A stretch of 64,000 nt of DNA from Thermoanaerobaculia bacterium (GCA_044866775.1 JBIOUG010000097.1:1852-65851); one strand, 5' to 3'. Positions 1 to 9,725 are shown, counted from the stretch's first letter. Numbers and translations are program-made. Notes: generated by a model from the sequence alone, not told the origin.

Positions 1-6
1 AAGGCG

Positions 7-1146
7 ATGGCGGACGCGTCCTGGCGCCTCGGCGCGGTGCGCGTGAAGCCCTGGTTCGGCATCTACGACGTGCGCTACGTCGACAATGCCTTCGGCTCGC
101 CGACCGGCGAAGAGGTCTCGGACTTGACCGGCACCGTCGGCGCCGGCCTCCGCACCTACCTGCACACGGGACCGAAGGTGATCTGGGCCGCGCACCTCCT
201 CCCCGAGTACGTCGCCTGGCGCGAGCTGGACGAGAAGAACACGGTCAACGGCCGCTACGGGCTGGGGTTCTTCGGTTTCTTCAACCGCCTCACGGTCGAG
301 GCGGTGGGCGAGCGCGACCAGCAGCAGCGGCTGGGCTCGCCCGAGGTGCCGGAGCTGGCGCACCAACGCTCCGAGCGCGCGCACGTGGCGCTCGAGCTCG
401 AGGCCACCCGCGCCATCTCGGTCTTCACCGCCGGCCAGGTCGTTCGCCTGCGCAGCTTGATCGAGGCGCCCGAGGAGGCGCCGCTCGATCGGCTGGACCG
501 CGACGCGACCTACCTGCGCGCCGGGCTGCGCTGGCGGCTGCCGCGCGGCTGGTCGGTCGGGCTCGGCGCCGAGCGCAGTGACGTCGAGTTCGACACCGAC
601 GACCCGCGCCACGACCGCTCGAACGCGGGCACCTCGCCTCTCCTCGTGGTGCGGCTGGACCGCGACGACCACTACCTGCGGTTCGAGGCGGCGCAACGCG
701 AGCTCGAGCCCGAGCCGGGCTCCTCCTTCGTGGCGTTCGACGAGACGACGGGCAGCCTCGAGCTCGGCCTCCGCACCGAGTCGCGCCTGACCACCTGGAT
801 CTACGGCCGGCGCGGCCTGCTCTACACGCTCGACGACAGCTACGGCCATGCGCTCGACGACCGCTACGGCCTCTCGGCGCGCCTCGGGCTCGGCGCGCGC
901 AGCCAGCTCCTCGCCTTCGCCGAGGCGGGGCGGCTGGAGTTCGTCGCCGCCGCGCCGGGCGTCGTCGCGCGGCGCGACGACGTGCGCGCGATCGGCGCCT
1001 CGTTCGGCATCAACCTGGCGCGCAAGGTCACCCTGGCGCTGATGGCGCGCCGCCTGGACTACGAGTCCAACGTCGCGGGCCTCGACCGCGCCGTGACCTC
1101 GCTCGGCGTCGGCGTCAGCCTGGGCGGCGGCCGCGCCGCCTGGTGA
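7..1146 (+). CDS. Outer-membrane beta-barrel protein of the polysaccharide export locus (possibly 5'-truncated by window edge)
   Basis: Alternating hydrophobic/aromatic beta-strand pattern throughout, C-terminal W, directly upstream of wza/wzc; no signal peptide seen, so the real start may lie before base 1. Confidence 0.7.
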   Translation: MADASWRLGAVRVKPWFGIYDVRYVDNAFGSPTGEEVSDLTGTVGAGLRTYLHTGPKVIWAAHLLPEYVAWRELDEKNTVNGRYGLGFFGFFNRLTVEAVGERDQQQRLGSPEVPELAHQRSERAHVALELEATRAISVFTAGQVVRLRSLIEAPEEAPLDRLDRDATYLRAGLRWRLPRGWSVGLGAERSDVEFDTDDPRHDRSNAGTSPLLVVRLDRDDHYLRFEAAQRELEPEPGSSFVAFDETTGSLELGLRTESRLTTWIYGRRGLLYTLDDSYGHALDDRYGLSARLGLGARSQLLAFAEAGRLEFVAAAPGVVARRDDVRAIGASFGINLARKVTLALMARRLDYESNVAGLDRAVTSLGVGVSLGGGRAAW

Positions 1147-1173
1147 CCGAGGGCGCCCGCGCGCCGTTGTGTT

Positions 1174-1203
1174 TTGCACTTCCGGCAGCTTCCGGCGTAA
1201 ACT
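1174..1203 (+). promoter_or_regulatory. Putative sigma70 promoter for wza-wzc
   Basis: TTGCAC (1174-1179), 18 bp, TAAACT (1198-1203) in an AT-richer patch; spacer carries CTTCCGGC twice at 10-bp spacing. Confidence 0.45.
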
Positions 1204-1229
1204 GTTGTTACCCAGCGAGTAGACAGACG

Positions 1230-2087
1230 ATGCTCAGACGCAGTGCCCTTTTCCTGCTGGCGGTGGTCACGTTCGCCGCTGCCGATCCCTCCCGCGCCCA
1301 GACCGGCGCCAGCGTCCCGGGTTACCGCATCGGCCCCAAGGACCTGGTGATGATCCAGGTCTACGAGGTGCCGGAGCTCAACGGCGAGCGCCGGGTCGGC
1401 GAGGACGGCAAGATCAACCTGCCGCTGGTCGGCGACGTCGAGGCCGCCGGGCTCACGGCACAGGAGCTCGCCGCCCGCCTCAAGACGCTGCTCGAGTCGA
1501 AGTACATGCAGAGCGGGCGCGCCTCGACCAACGTCGAGGTGCGGGAGTTCCGCTCGCGACCGATCTCGGTGCTCGGCGCCGTCAACCGCCCCGGCGCGCT
1601 CCCCTTCTCCGGGCGCTCGACGCTGCTCGAGGCGATCACCCAGGCCGGCGGGCTGGCGCCGACGCACGGCGGGCGGATCTACGTCCTGCGGCGCGCCGAC
1701 AACGGCCTCTCCGACCAGGTGGTGATCGACGCCAACGACCTGCTGGTGCGCGCCGACCCGAAGGTCAACATCCCGATCGTCGCCAACGACCTGATCAACG
1801 TGCCGGGCGCGGTCGACGTGACGGTCTACTGCCTCGGCGAGGTCTCCAGCCCCGGCGCGGTCGCGTTTCGCAGCACCGATCGCGTCACGCTGCTCGCCGC
1901 CATCGCCCGCGCCGGCGGCCTGACCGACCGCGCCTCGAACCGCATCCAGATCAAGCGCGCCGCGCCGCCCGGGGTGGCGGCGGGGCGCGAGCTGGTGGCC
2001 GACTACAAGCGTATCCTCGCCGGCAAGGAGCCCGACGTCGAGCTCGCCGCAGGAGACGTCATCGTGATCAAGGAGTCGTTCTTTTGA
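1230..2087 (+). CDS. wza: Polysaccharide export protein (OPX/Wza; Poly_export + SLBB domains)
   Basis: Signal peptide from ATG 1230; YRIGPKDL...DGKINLPLVGDVEAAGLT Poly_export motif; GEV/GAV..PG and AGGL SLBB repeats; ends GDVIVIKESFF. Confidence 0.9.
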   Translation: MLRRSALFLLAVVTFAAADPSRAQTGASVPGYRIGPKDLVMIQVYEVPELNGERRVGEDGKINLPLVGDVEAAGLTAQELAARLKTLLESKYMQSGRASTNVEVREFRSRPISVLGAVNRPGALPFSGRSTLLEAITQAGGLAPTHGGRIYVLRRADNGLSDQVVIDANDLLVRADPKVNIPIVANDLINVPGAVDVTVYCLGEVSSPGAVAFRSTDRVTLLAAIARAGGLTDRASNRIQIKRAAPPGVAAGRELVADYKRILAGKEPDVELAAGDVIVIKESFF

Positions 2088-4393
2088 GCGCCGCCCTGAG
2101 CCCCTTCGCCGAGCTGCCGACCGAGCCGGCGCCGCCCGAGTCGGAGTTCAACCTCGCCGAGTACCTCGGCATGGTGCGCCGCCACTGGCGGCTCGTCGCG
2201 GCGCTCTGCGCCGCCGCCGTCACCGCCGGGGTGATCCACTACCTGATCACCCCCAAGGAGTACACGGCCTCGACCACGCTGCAGATCGAGCGCCGCAGCC
2301 TGACGCCGCTGGTCGGCAATCAGCAGAACCCCTGGCTCGAGAACTACTGGAACCTCGAGTTCTACCCCACGCAGTACAAGCTCCTCGAGAGCCGCGGGCT
2401 CGCCGAGCGGGTGGTGCGCAACCTCGACCTGGTCAACGACGTGGCCTGGACCGGGCGCGCCGCCGGCAGCAGCCGGGCGCCGTCGGCGGCGGAGGACCAG
2501 GCGATGCTCGGACAGCTCGCCGACCGCCTGCGCGGCGGCTTGACGGTGCAGCCGATCGGCAACACGCAGCTCGTCATGCTGTCGTACCGCTCGCCGAACG
2601 CGGAGTTCGCGGCGCGCGCCGCCAACGCCTTCGCCGAGGCGTACATCGACATGGGGATCGAGAACCGCTACGCCACCGCCGGCAAGGCCACCACCTTCCT
2701 CGGCGAGCAGATCGACACGCTCAAGCAGGAGATCCAGGACCTCGAGAAGGAGCGCCAGGCATTCAGCCGGCGCAGCGACATCGTCGCCATCGACCCCAGC
2801 TCGAACGTGCTGCTGCAGCGCCTGGAGGCGCTCAACACCGACTACATGGCGGCCAAGAAGACGCGCATCGAGAAGGAGGCGCAGTACCAGAAGGTGCTGA
2901 GCGCCCCCAAGGAGATCGTCGCCGACAGCCTGTCGGGAGGCGTGGTGACCGAGCTGCGCTCCGAGCAGGTGCGCGCCGAGCGGGATTACGAGACCCGCCT
3001 CCGGACCTACAAGCCGCAGCACCCCGACATGGTGCTGCTCAAGGGCAAGATCGACAAGGGACAGCAGTACCTCGACAGCGTCGTCGAGGAGATGGTGGGC
3101 AAGGCGAAGAGCAGCGCCTGGGCCGAGGTCCAGACCGCGCTGCGCCAGGAGCAGGCGCTGCAGGCCGAGCTCAACCGGGTCAAGAGCGAGGCGATCGACC
3201 AGAGCTCGGCGGCGGTCGAGTACTCGAACTTGAAGCTCGAGGCGACCACCCGCCGCGACCTGCTCGACCAGCTCATGAAGAGCCAGTCGGAGACCGAGGT
3301 CGCCGCCCGCCTGCAGGACACCCGCGACAGCAACATCCACGTCATCGATCAGGCGCTGGTCAACAACACCCCGTTCCGGCCGTCGCTGCGGCAGGACGCG
3401 ACCTACGGCCTCTTCATCGGCCTGGTGCTCGGCGTCGGCTGCGCGCTGCTGCTCGAGTTCCTCGATCGGTCGGTCAAGAACCCGGAGGAGGTTGAGCGGC
3501 GGCTCGGGCTCGCCACGCTGGCGGTGATCCCGGACTTGAGCGAGATCGGCAAGCGCTACGGCGGGCGGTACGGCTACGGGTATGGATACGGCCAAGAGGC
3601 CAGCGGTGCCGACGCGCCGCGCGCCAAGGCCGGCAGGGGCGGGGCGGTGGCGTGGATCGAGAAGAAGAAGGGAGCGGCCGAGCCGGCGCAGATCGAGCTC
3701 GTGCCGCACGACCGGCCGCGGACGCCGATCTCCGAGGCCTACCGCTCGCTGCGCACGGCTCTCCTCCTCTCCTCGGCCGAGGAGCTGAAGGTCGTGGCGG
3801 TGACCTCGGCCAGCGCCTCGGAGGGGAAGACCGCCACCGCGACCAACCTGGCGATCGTCCTGGCGCAGCTCGGGCGGCAGGTGCTGGTGGTCGACAGCGA
3901 CCTGCGCAAGCCGCACCTGCATCAGGTGCTCCGCGTCTCGAACCGCCTCGGTCTCGTCAACTACCTGACGGGCGGGGCGGATCTCGAAGCAATTCTCCTG
4001 CGCACCGACATTCCCAATCTCTGGGTGACGCCGTCGGGGCCGATCCCGCCGAACCCGTCCGAGCTCCTGGCCTCCGACCGCATGCGCGAGTGGCTCAAGG
4101 GAGTGCGCGCGCGCTTCGACTACGTCGTCGTCGACACGCCGCCGGTGCTGCCGGTGACCGACTCGACGATCACCGGCCGGTTGGTGGACGGGGTGGTGCT
4201 CATCCTGCGCGCCGGCAAGGTGACGCGCGAGGAGGCGCGCGCCTGTCGCGACCGGCTGCGCCAGGCCGACGTCAAGGTCCTCGGCGTGGTGCTCAACCGC
4301 TTCCGCGCGCACGGACCGGCCGGCAAGCGCTATCGCTACTACACCTCCTACACCGCCTACGAGAGCGAGCCGCAGGCGGGGTCCGCGGCGTGA
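2084..4393 (+). CDS. wzc: Polysaccharide co-polymerase / BY tyrosine autokinase
   Basis: Two TM helices around a coiled-coil; EAYRSLRT, Walker A SEGKT, A' VDSDLRKP, B VVVDTPP; C-terminal Tyr cluster; TTG overlaps wza stop. Confidence 0.93.
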   Translation: MSAALSPFAELPTEPAPPESEFNLAEYLGMVRRHWRLVAALCAAAVTAGVIHYLITPKEYTASTTLQIERRSLTPLVGNQQNPWLENYWNLEFYPTQYKLLESRGLAERVVRNLDLVNDVAWTGRAAGSSRAPSAAEDQAMLGQLADRLRGGLTVQPIGNTQLVMLSYRSPNAEFAARAANAFAEAYIDMGIENRYATAGKATTFLGEQIDTLKQEIQDLEKERQAFSRRSDIVAIDPSSNVLLQRLEALNTDYMAAKKTRIEKEAQYQKVLSAPKEIVADSLSGGVVTELRSEQVRAERDYETRLRTYKPQHPDMVLLKGKIDKGQQYLDSVVEEMVGKAKSSAWAEVQTALRQEQALQAELNRVKSEAIDQSSAAVEYSNLKLEATTRRDLLDQLMKSQSETEVAARLQDTRDSNIHVIDQALVNNTPFRPSLRQDATYGLFIGLVLGVGCALLLEFLDRSVKNPEEVERRLGLATLAVIPDLSEIGKRYGGRYGYGYGYGQEASGADAPRAKAGRGGAVAWIEKKKGAAEPAQIELVPHDRPRTPISEAYRSLRTALLLSSAEELKVVAVTSASASEGKTATATNLAIVLAQLGRQVLVVDSDLRKPHLHQVLRVSNRLGLVNYLTGGADLEAILLRTDIPNLWVTPSGPIPPNPSELLASDRMREWLKGVRARFDYVVVDTPPVLPVTDSTITGRLVDGVVLILRAGKVTREEARACRDRLRQADVKVLGVVLNRFRAHGPAGKRYRYYTSYTAYESEPQAGSAA

Positions 4394-4401
4394 GGCGATC
4401 G

Positions 4402-5154
4402 ATGATCGACCTGCACTGCCACATCCTCCCCGGCATCGACGACGGCGCGCGCAGCATGGAGGCCGCGGTGGCGATGTGCCGGCTGGCGATCGCCGACGGC
4501 TGTACGGCGATGGTCGCGACACCCCACCAGCGGCGCGGCGGGTGGTGGAACTGCGATCCCGAAGCGCTCGCGGAGCTGCGGCTGACGCTGCAATGGGCGG
4601 TGGGCGCCGAGCTCACGATCCACTCCGGCGGCGAGGTGCACGTCGATTCGCACCTCCTGGCCGAGGTGGCGCGGATGCCCGAGAGCGGCATCCTGCCGCT
4701 CGCCGGCTCGCGCTACCTGCTCGTCGAGTTCGACGCCGCCGGCCGGGCGCGCGAGGCCATCGAGCTGGTGCACGAGCTGGCCGTCGCCGGCTGGCGCCCG
4801 GTCCTGGCGCACCCCGAGATGGTACCCTGGCTGGCCGACGATCCGGGCCTGGTCGCGCGCCTGGTCGAGCTCGGGGCGACGACTCAGGTCACGGCGATGA
4901 GCATCACCGGCGACTTCGGGCGGCGGCCGGAGGCCGATGCCTGCCGCCTGCTCGACGCCGGCCTGGTGCACTTCGTGGCCAGCGATTCGCACGACCTCTA
5001 TCGCCGCCCGCCGGGGCTGCGCCGCGCCTACCGCACGATCGCCGGGCGCTGGGGCGAGGAGGTGGCGCAGCGACTGGTCGCCGACAACCCGCGCGCGGTG
5101 GTCGAGAACCAACCGCTACCGGTCGCGAACGCACATCTCGAGAGGAACGCCTGA
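4402..5154 (+). CDS. PHP-family (CpsB/CapC/YwqE) protein-tyrosine phosphatase
   Basis: MIDLHCHILPGIDDGA, ATPH, LAHPE and ASDSH motifs; follows wzc. Confidence 0.92.
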   Translation: MIDLHCHILPGIDDGARSMEAAVAMCRLAIADGCTAMVATPHQRRGGWWNCDPEALAELRLTLQWAVGAELTIHSGGEVHVDSHLLAEVARMPESGILPLAGSRYLLVEFDAAGRAREAIELVHELAVAGWRPVLAHPEMVPWLADDPGLVARLVELGATTQVTAMSITGDFGRRPEADACRLLDAGLVHFVASDSHDLYRRPPGLRRAYRTIAGRWGEEVAQRLVADNPRAVVENQPLPVANAHLERNA

Positions 5155-5155
5155 C

Positions 5156-6232
5156 GTGGCAGCCCGCAGCTTTCGCCTTCCGCTCGCCGCGATCGCCGCG
5201 GTCGCGGCAGCGCTCGTCGCCCTCGGTGGCCCGGCCGCCGCCGCCGCCGAGGTGGACGCCTTCCACGCCGGGCTGCTGATCGACGGCGCCCACGCCTACG
5301 ACCGCCGCGACTTCGCGACGGCGGCGCGCCACCTGCGCCTCGCCTGCTTCGGCTACCTCGAAGAGCCGCCGGCGCTGGCGGGCTGCCTGACCCGGCTCGG
5401 CGCCGCCCAGGCGGCCGCCAACGACGCCGAGGGGTTCGCCGAGAGCTTCCGCCGCATCGTCGAGGTGGAGGAGCGGTTCGGCGCCTACAGCGCCGCGGAC
5501 GTCCCGGCGGCGGTGCGCACGGCGTTCGAGGAGCGCGTGGTGGCGACGATCCCGACCGCCACGCTCGCGGCGGTCCCCGCGTTCGCGCCGCTCGCGAAGC
5601 GCAAGGCCGAGGCCGAGAGGCTGGCCGCGCTGTCGCCCAAGGAGCGGCGGCGCGCGGAGGAGGAGAAGCGCAAGGCGGAGCAGAAGCGGCAGCCGGCTGC
5701 CGAGACGAAGACCGCGAAGCGACCGGCGGCAGCCGGCTCTCCGCCCGGCAACGCGGCGATGACCGCGACCGCCGCGCCGAAGCGGGAAGCGGCCCCCGCG
5801 CCGCCGCCGGCCGCGGCGGCACCCGCCGCCCCGGCGCCGCTCACGCCGGCCGAGCTGGCGAAGCTCGCACAGGCACGGCAGCTCCTCGCCTCGAGCAGCC
5901 CCGACGACCTGGGGCGGGCACTCACTCTGGCGCGCGAGGTCGCCGACGCGCGGCCGGCGGCGCGCGAGGCGCAGCATCTCGCCGGCGAGGCCGCCTACCG
6001 CAGCGCCCGCTGGCGCGAGGCGGCGACCTACTTCCGGCGCGGCGGCGACCCCGGCGACACGCAGCCGGAGCTGCTGTTCTACCTGGCGGTGGCGCTCTAC
6101 GAGTCCGGCGACCGCGATGCCGCCGCGACGGTCCTCGAGCGCTCGCTGCCCAACCTCGAGCGCACTCCGTACGTCGATTCGTACGCCAAGCGCATCCTTC
6201 GCCCGCGCAGCGCGAATCTGCCCGGGCGATGA
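5156..6232 (+). CDS. Exported TPR-containing protein with Pro/Ala linker
   Basis: GTG at 5156, signal peptide, helical N-domain, Ala/Pro/Lys-rich linker, C-terminal TPR-like repeats (AQHLAGEAAYRSARWREAATYF; LFYLAVALYESGDRDAAATVLE). Confidence 0.7.
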   Translation: MAARSFRLPLAAIAAVAAALVALGGPAAAAAEVDAFHAGLLIDGAHAYDRRDFATAARHLRLACFGYLEEPPALAGCLTRLGAAQAAANDAEGFAESFRRIVEVEERFGAYSAADVPAAVRTAFEERVVATIPTATLAAVPAFAPLAKRKAEAERLAALSPKERRRAEEEKRKAEQKRQPAAETKTAKRPAAAGSPPGNAAMTATAAPKREAAPAPPPAAAAPAAPAPLTPAELAKLAQARQLLASSSPDDLGRALTLAREVADARPAAREAQHLAGEAAYRSARWREAATYFRRGGDPGDTQPELLFYLAVALYESGDRDAAATVLERSLPNLERTPYVDSYAKRILRPRSANLPGR

Positions 6233-6238
6233 CTACTC

Positions 6239-6267
6239 TTGACCGCAGAGCCGTTTACGCCTATCGT
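6239..6267 (+). promoter_or_regulatory. Putative sigma70 promoter
   Basis: TTGACC, 17 bp, TATCGT, 36 bp upstream of ATG 6304. Confidence 0.4.
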
Positions 6268-6303
6268 GATGCTCGGACCCCGTCCCCGAAAGCGAGCCTC
6301 GCC

Positions 6304-6939
6304 ATGACGCGATCCCTTCTTCTCGCCGGCGCCGCCGCGCTCGTCCTCGCGGCGTCCGCCCAGGCCCAACCGACGACGAACGTCGACGAGCTGCGCTGCG
6401 TGCCGGTCGCCGGCAACGCCGTCGTCCACGGCAGCGCCAGCGGCGAGCCCGCCGGCAGCTCGATCCGCCTCTACTTCCGCTGGCAGGGGCACGACGAGTT
6501 CTTCTGGGTCGAGATGGAGCCCGAGGGCGCCGGCCGCTACTGGGCGATCCCGCCGCGGCCGGAGCAGCGCAACAACCAGGTCGAGTACTACTCGACGATC
6601 CTCGACGCCGCCGGCAAGGAGCTGGCGCGCAGCGCCCCGCGCATCGCCAAGGTCACCGGCGACTGCAAGATCCAGCTCTCGCCGCGCGAGCAGGGCGTGG
6701 CCAACAACCTCACCGTCGGCGAGACCGCGCCGCACCAGCAGGGCAAGACGGTCCTCGGCTTCCTCTGCGAAGGCATCGTCACCCGCATCAACTGGCAGGG
6801 GATCCGCCGCGCCGACGAAGTCTGCCGCGCCTGCGTCATCGCCTGGTGGGAGCGCAAGGCCGTGCTCATCCCGGCCACCGGCGTCACCGGGATCCTGATC
6901 GTCGATCCGGATCCCGAGCCTTCCCCGTCGCGTCCCTGA
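6304..6939 (+). CDS. Exported hypothetical protein with Cys residues and hydrophobic C-terminal tail ending PSPSRP
   Basis: Signal peptide MTRSLLLAGAAALVLAASAQA; typical GC3 codon bias; five Cys. Confidence 0.7.
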   Translation: MTRSLLLAGAAALVLAASAQAQPTTNVDELRCVPVAGNAVVHGSASGEPAGSSIRLYFRWQGHDEFFWVEMEPEGAGRYWAIPPRPEQRNNQVEYYSTILDAAGKELARSAPRIAKVTGDCKIQLSPREQGVANNLTVGETAPHQQGKTVLGFLCEGIVTRINWQGIRRADEVCRACVIAWWERKAVLIPATGVTGILIVDPDPEPSPSRP

Positions 6940-7045
6940 ACGCGCCGCGCGCGACACTACAGCTTCCAGTACCTCCGCCCGGCACCGCGGCCGGGCGCCG
7001 CCACCACCACGCCGCCTGGCCCGCGCGCCACGCATCAAGGAGCCC

Positions 7046-8830
7046 ATGAGCAAGACACTGCCGTTCCGCCAGCCCGAGACCGACCCCGTGCCAGCGCACA
7101 AAGACCATCTGATCGAGCCGCACGGCGGCCAGCTCGTCGATCTCCTCGCCGCGCCCGAGCGGGCGGCCGAGCTCAAGGCGGCCTCCCGCGACTGGCCGTC
7201 GTGGGACCTGACGCCACGCCAGTACTGCGACCTCGAGCTGCTGCTCGACGGCGCCTTCTCGCCGCTCACCGGCTTCATGGGCCGCGCCGATCACGACGCG
7301 GTCTGCGAGCGCATGCGCCTCGCCGGCGGCGCGCTCTGGCCGCTGCCGATCGTGCTCGACGTCAACGCCGACGTGGCCAAGCGCCTCGCCCCGGGCGGCA
7401 TGCTGGCGCTGCGCGATCCCGAGGGGGTGATGCTCGCGGCGCTGCACGTCGAGGACCTCTGGGAGCGCGACCGCGAGCGGGTCGCCGAGGCGGTCTTCGG
7501 CACCACCGACCGCAAGCATCCGGGCGCGGCCCAGCTCCTCGATCGCGAGGGGAGCCTGACGGTCGGCGGCCGGCTCGAGGGCGTGCAGCTCCCGGTCCAC
7601 TACGACTTCCGCGCCCTGCGCCTGACGCCGGCCGAGGTGCGGGCCGAGTTCGCCCGCCGCGGCTGGCGGCGCGTCGTCGCCTTCCAGACCCGCAACCCGA
7701 TGCACCGCGCGCACTGCGAGCTGACGCTCGCCGCCGCCAAGCACGCGCAGGCGAATCTGCTCATCCACCCGGTCGTCGGCATGACCAAGCCCGGCGACCT
7801 CGACCACTACACGCGCGTGCGCTGCTATCAGGCGGTGCTCGAGCGCTTCCCGCAGCACACCGTGATGCTCGCCCTGCTGTCGCTCGCCATGCGCATGGCC
7901 GGCCCGCGCGAGGCGCTGCAGCACGCCATCATCCGCAAGAACTACGGCTGCACGCACTTCATCGTCGGCCGCGACCACGCCGGCCCCGGCAAGGACTTGC
8001 AGGGGCGCCCGTTCTACGGCCCCTACGACGCGCAGGAGAGGCTGCGCGCGCACGAGGCGGAGCTGGGGGTCGAGATGGTGCCCTTCCAGGAGCTGGTCTA
8101 CGTCGAGGACCAGGACACCTACCTGCCGCAGGACCAGGTCCCGGCCGGGGCGCGCGTCCTCTCGATCTCGGGCACCGAGCTGCGGGCGCGCCTCGCCGAG
8201 GGGCGGGAGCTCCCCGGCTGGTTCACCTACCCCGAGGTGGCGACCGAGCTGCGGCGCACCCATCCGGCGCGCCATCACCAGGGCTTCACGGTCTTCTTCT
8301 CCGGCCTCTCCGGCGCCGGCAAGTCGACCATCGCGAGCGTCCTGCTGGTCAAGTTCATGGAGATGGGCGGCCGGCCGGTGACGCTCCTCGACGGCGACAT
8401 CGTGCGCAAGCACCTCTCCTCGGAGCTCACCTTCTCGAAGGAGCACCGCGACATCAACATCCGCCGCATCGGCTTCGTCGCCGCGGAGATCACCAAGAAC
8501 GGCGGCATCGCGATCTGCGCCCCGATCGCGCCCTACGACGCGGTGCGCCGCGAGGTGCGGCACATGATCGAGTCCGGCGGCGGCTTCGTGCTGGTGCACG
8601 TGGCCACGGCGCTCGACGTCTGCGAGGAGCGCGACCGCAAGGGCCTCTACGCCAAGGCGCGCGCCGGCCTCATCCCGGAGTTCACCGGCATCTCCGATCC
8701 CTACGAGGTGCCGGCCGACGCCGAGCTGTCGATCGATACCGCCGAGATGACGCCCGAGGAGGCGGCGCAGGAGATCCTGCTCTACCTCGAGCGCGAGGGC
8801 TACGTCGGACCGAGCGCGCCGAGCGCCTGA
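7046..8830 (+). CDS. cysC: Bifunctional sulfate adenylyltransferase / adenylylsulfate kinase (Sat-CysC, PAPS synthase)
   Basis: AFQTRNPMHRAH and FIVGRDHAG ATP-sulfurylase motifs; GLSGAGKST P-loop, LDGD, KGLYAKAR, FTGISDPYE APS kinase motifs; AAGGAG RBS. Confidence 0.95.
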   Translation: MSKTLPFRQPETDPVPAHKDHLIEPHGGQLVDLLAAPERAAELKAASRDWPSWDLTPRQYCDLELLLDGAFSPLTGFMGRADHDAVCERMRLAGGALWPLPIVLDVNADVAKRLAPGGMLALRDPEGVMLAALHVEDLWERDRERVAEAVFGTTDRKHPGAAQLLDREGSLTVGGRLEGVQLPVHYDFRALRLTPAEVRAEFARRGWRRVVAFQTRNPMHRAHCELTLAAAKHAQANLLIHPVVGMTKPGDLDHYTRVRCYQAVLERFPQHTVMLALLSLAMRMAGPREALQHAIIRKNYGCTHFIVGRDHAGPGKDLQGRPFYGPYDAQERLRAHEAELGVEMVPFQELVYVEDQDTYLPQDQVPAGARVLSISGTELRARLAEGRELPGWFTYPEVATELRRTHPARHHQGFTVFFSGLSGAGKSTIASVLLVKFMEMGGRPVTLLDGDIVRKHLSSELTFSKEHRDINIRRIGFVAAEITKNGGIAICAPIAPYDAVRREVRHMIESGGGFVLVHVATALDVCEERDRKGLYAKARAGLIPEFTGISDPYEVPADAELSIDTAEMTPEEAAQEILLYLEREGYVGPSAPSA

Positions 8831-8831
8831 G

Positions 8832-9656
8832 ATGGAGCCGACGGGCGGGGTGGGAGCGGCGGTCGCCGGCTGCGGCGACTGGCGCGACGAGCTGGAGCGC
8901 ATCGAGGCCGCGCTCGAGGAGGCGGCCGCGGCGCTCGCCCGCTTCACGCCGGGAGAGGTGGCGGCGCGGCGGAAGAGCGGCGACGACCCGGTGACCGAGG
9001 CCGACACGACGGTCGACGCTCTGCTGCGCCGCCTGCTGCCGCGCCCCGGCGAAGGGTGGCTCTCGGAGGAGACGCTCGACGATCTCTCCCGCACCGAGCG
9101 GCGGCGGGTGTGGGTGGTCGACCCGCTCGACGGCACGCGCGAGTTCGTGGCCGGCATCCCCGAATGGTCGGTCTCGGTCGGGCTGGTCGTCGACGGCGAG
9201 CCAGTGGCCGGTGGCGTCCTCAACCCCGCCACCGGCGAGCGGGTGGTCGGCGCGTGGGGTTGCGGCGTGCGCCTGAACGGCGAGCCGGCGGCGGTCTCGC
9301 CGCGCCAGCACCTCGACGGCGCTCTGGTGCTCGCCAGCAGGAGCGAGGTCGGGCGCGGCCAGTGGCAGCGCTTCGCCGGCGCTCCCTTTACGGTCCGCCC
9401 GATGGGCTCCGTCGCCTACAAGCTGGCGCTGGTCGCCGCCGGCCGGGCCGACGCCACCTGGACCCTGGTCCCGAAGCACGAATGGGACGTGGCGGCGGGC
9501 GTGGCGCTGGTCCTCGCCGCCGGCGGCGAGGTGCGCGCCGGGCACCCCGAGGAGGCGCTCTTCAACCGCCGCGAGCCCCGCCTCACGCGCCTCATCGCGG
9601 CCAACGCCGCGCTCCTGCCCCAGATCGAGGAAGCGATCCGCACGACCGGCGGATAG
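8832..9656 (+). CDS. cysQ: 3'(2'),5'-bisphosphate nucleotidase (inositol monophosphatase family)
   Basis: DPVTEAD, LSEE, WVVDPLDGTREF and EWDVAAG motifs; adjacent to sat-cysC. Confidence 0.88.
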   Translation: MEPTGGVGAAVAGCGDWRDELERIEAALEEAAAALARFTPGEVAARRKSGDDPVTEADTTVDALLRRLLPRPGEGWLSEETLDDLSRTERRRVWVVDPLDGTREFVAGIPEWSVSVGLVVDGEPVAGGVLNPATGERVVGAWGCGVRLNGEPAAVSPRQHLDGALVLASRSEVGRGQWQRFAGAPFTVRPMGSVAYKLALVAAGRADATWTLVPKHEWDVAAGVALVLAAGGEVRAGHPEEALFNRREPRLTRLIAANAALLPQIEEAIRTTGG

Positions 9657-9725
9657 CCGCGCGGCTCTGGCGCGGTTCTTGCGGTGCCGGCCGCAAGGAG
9701 CGGATCCTCGAGGATCCGAAAAGCA

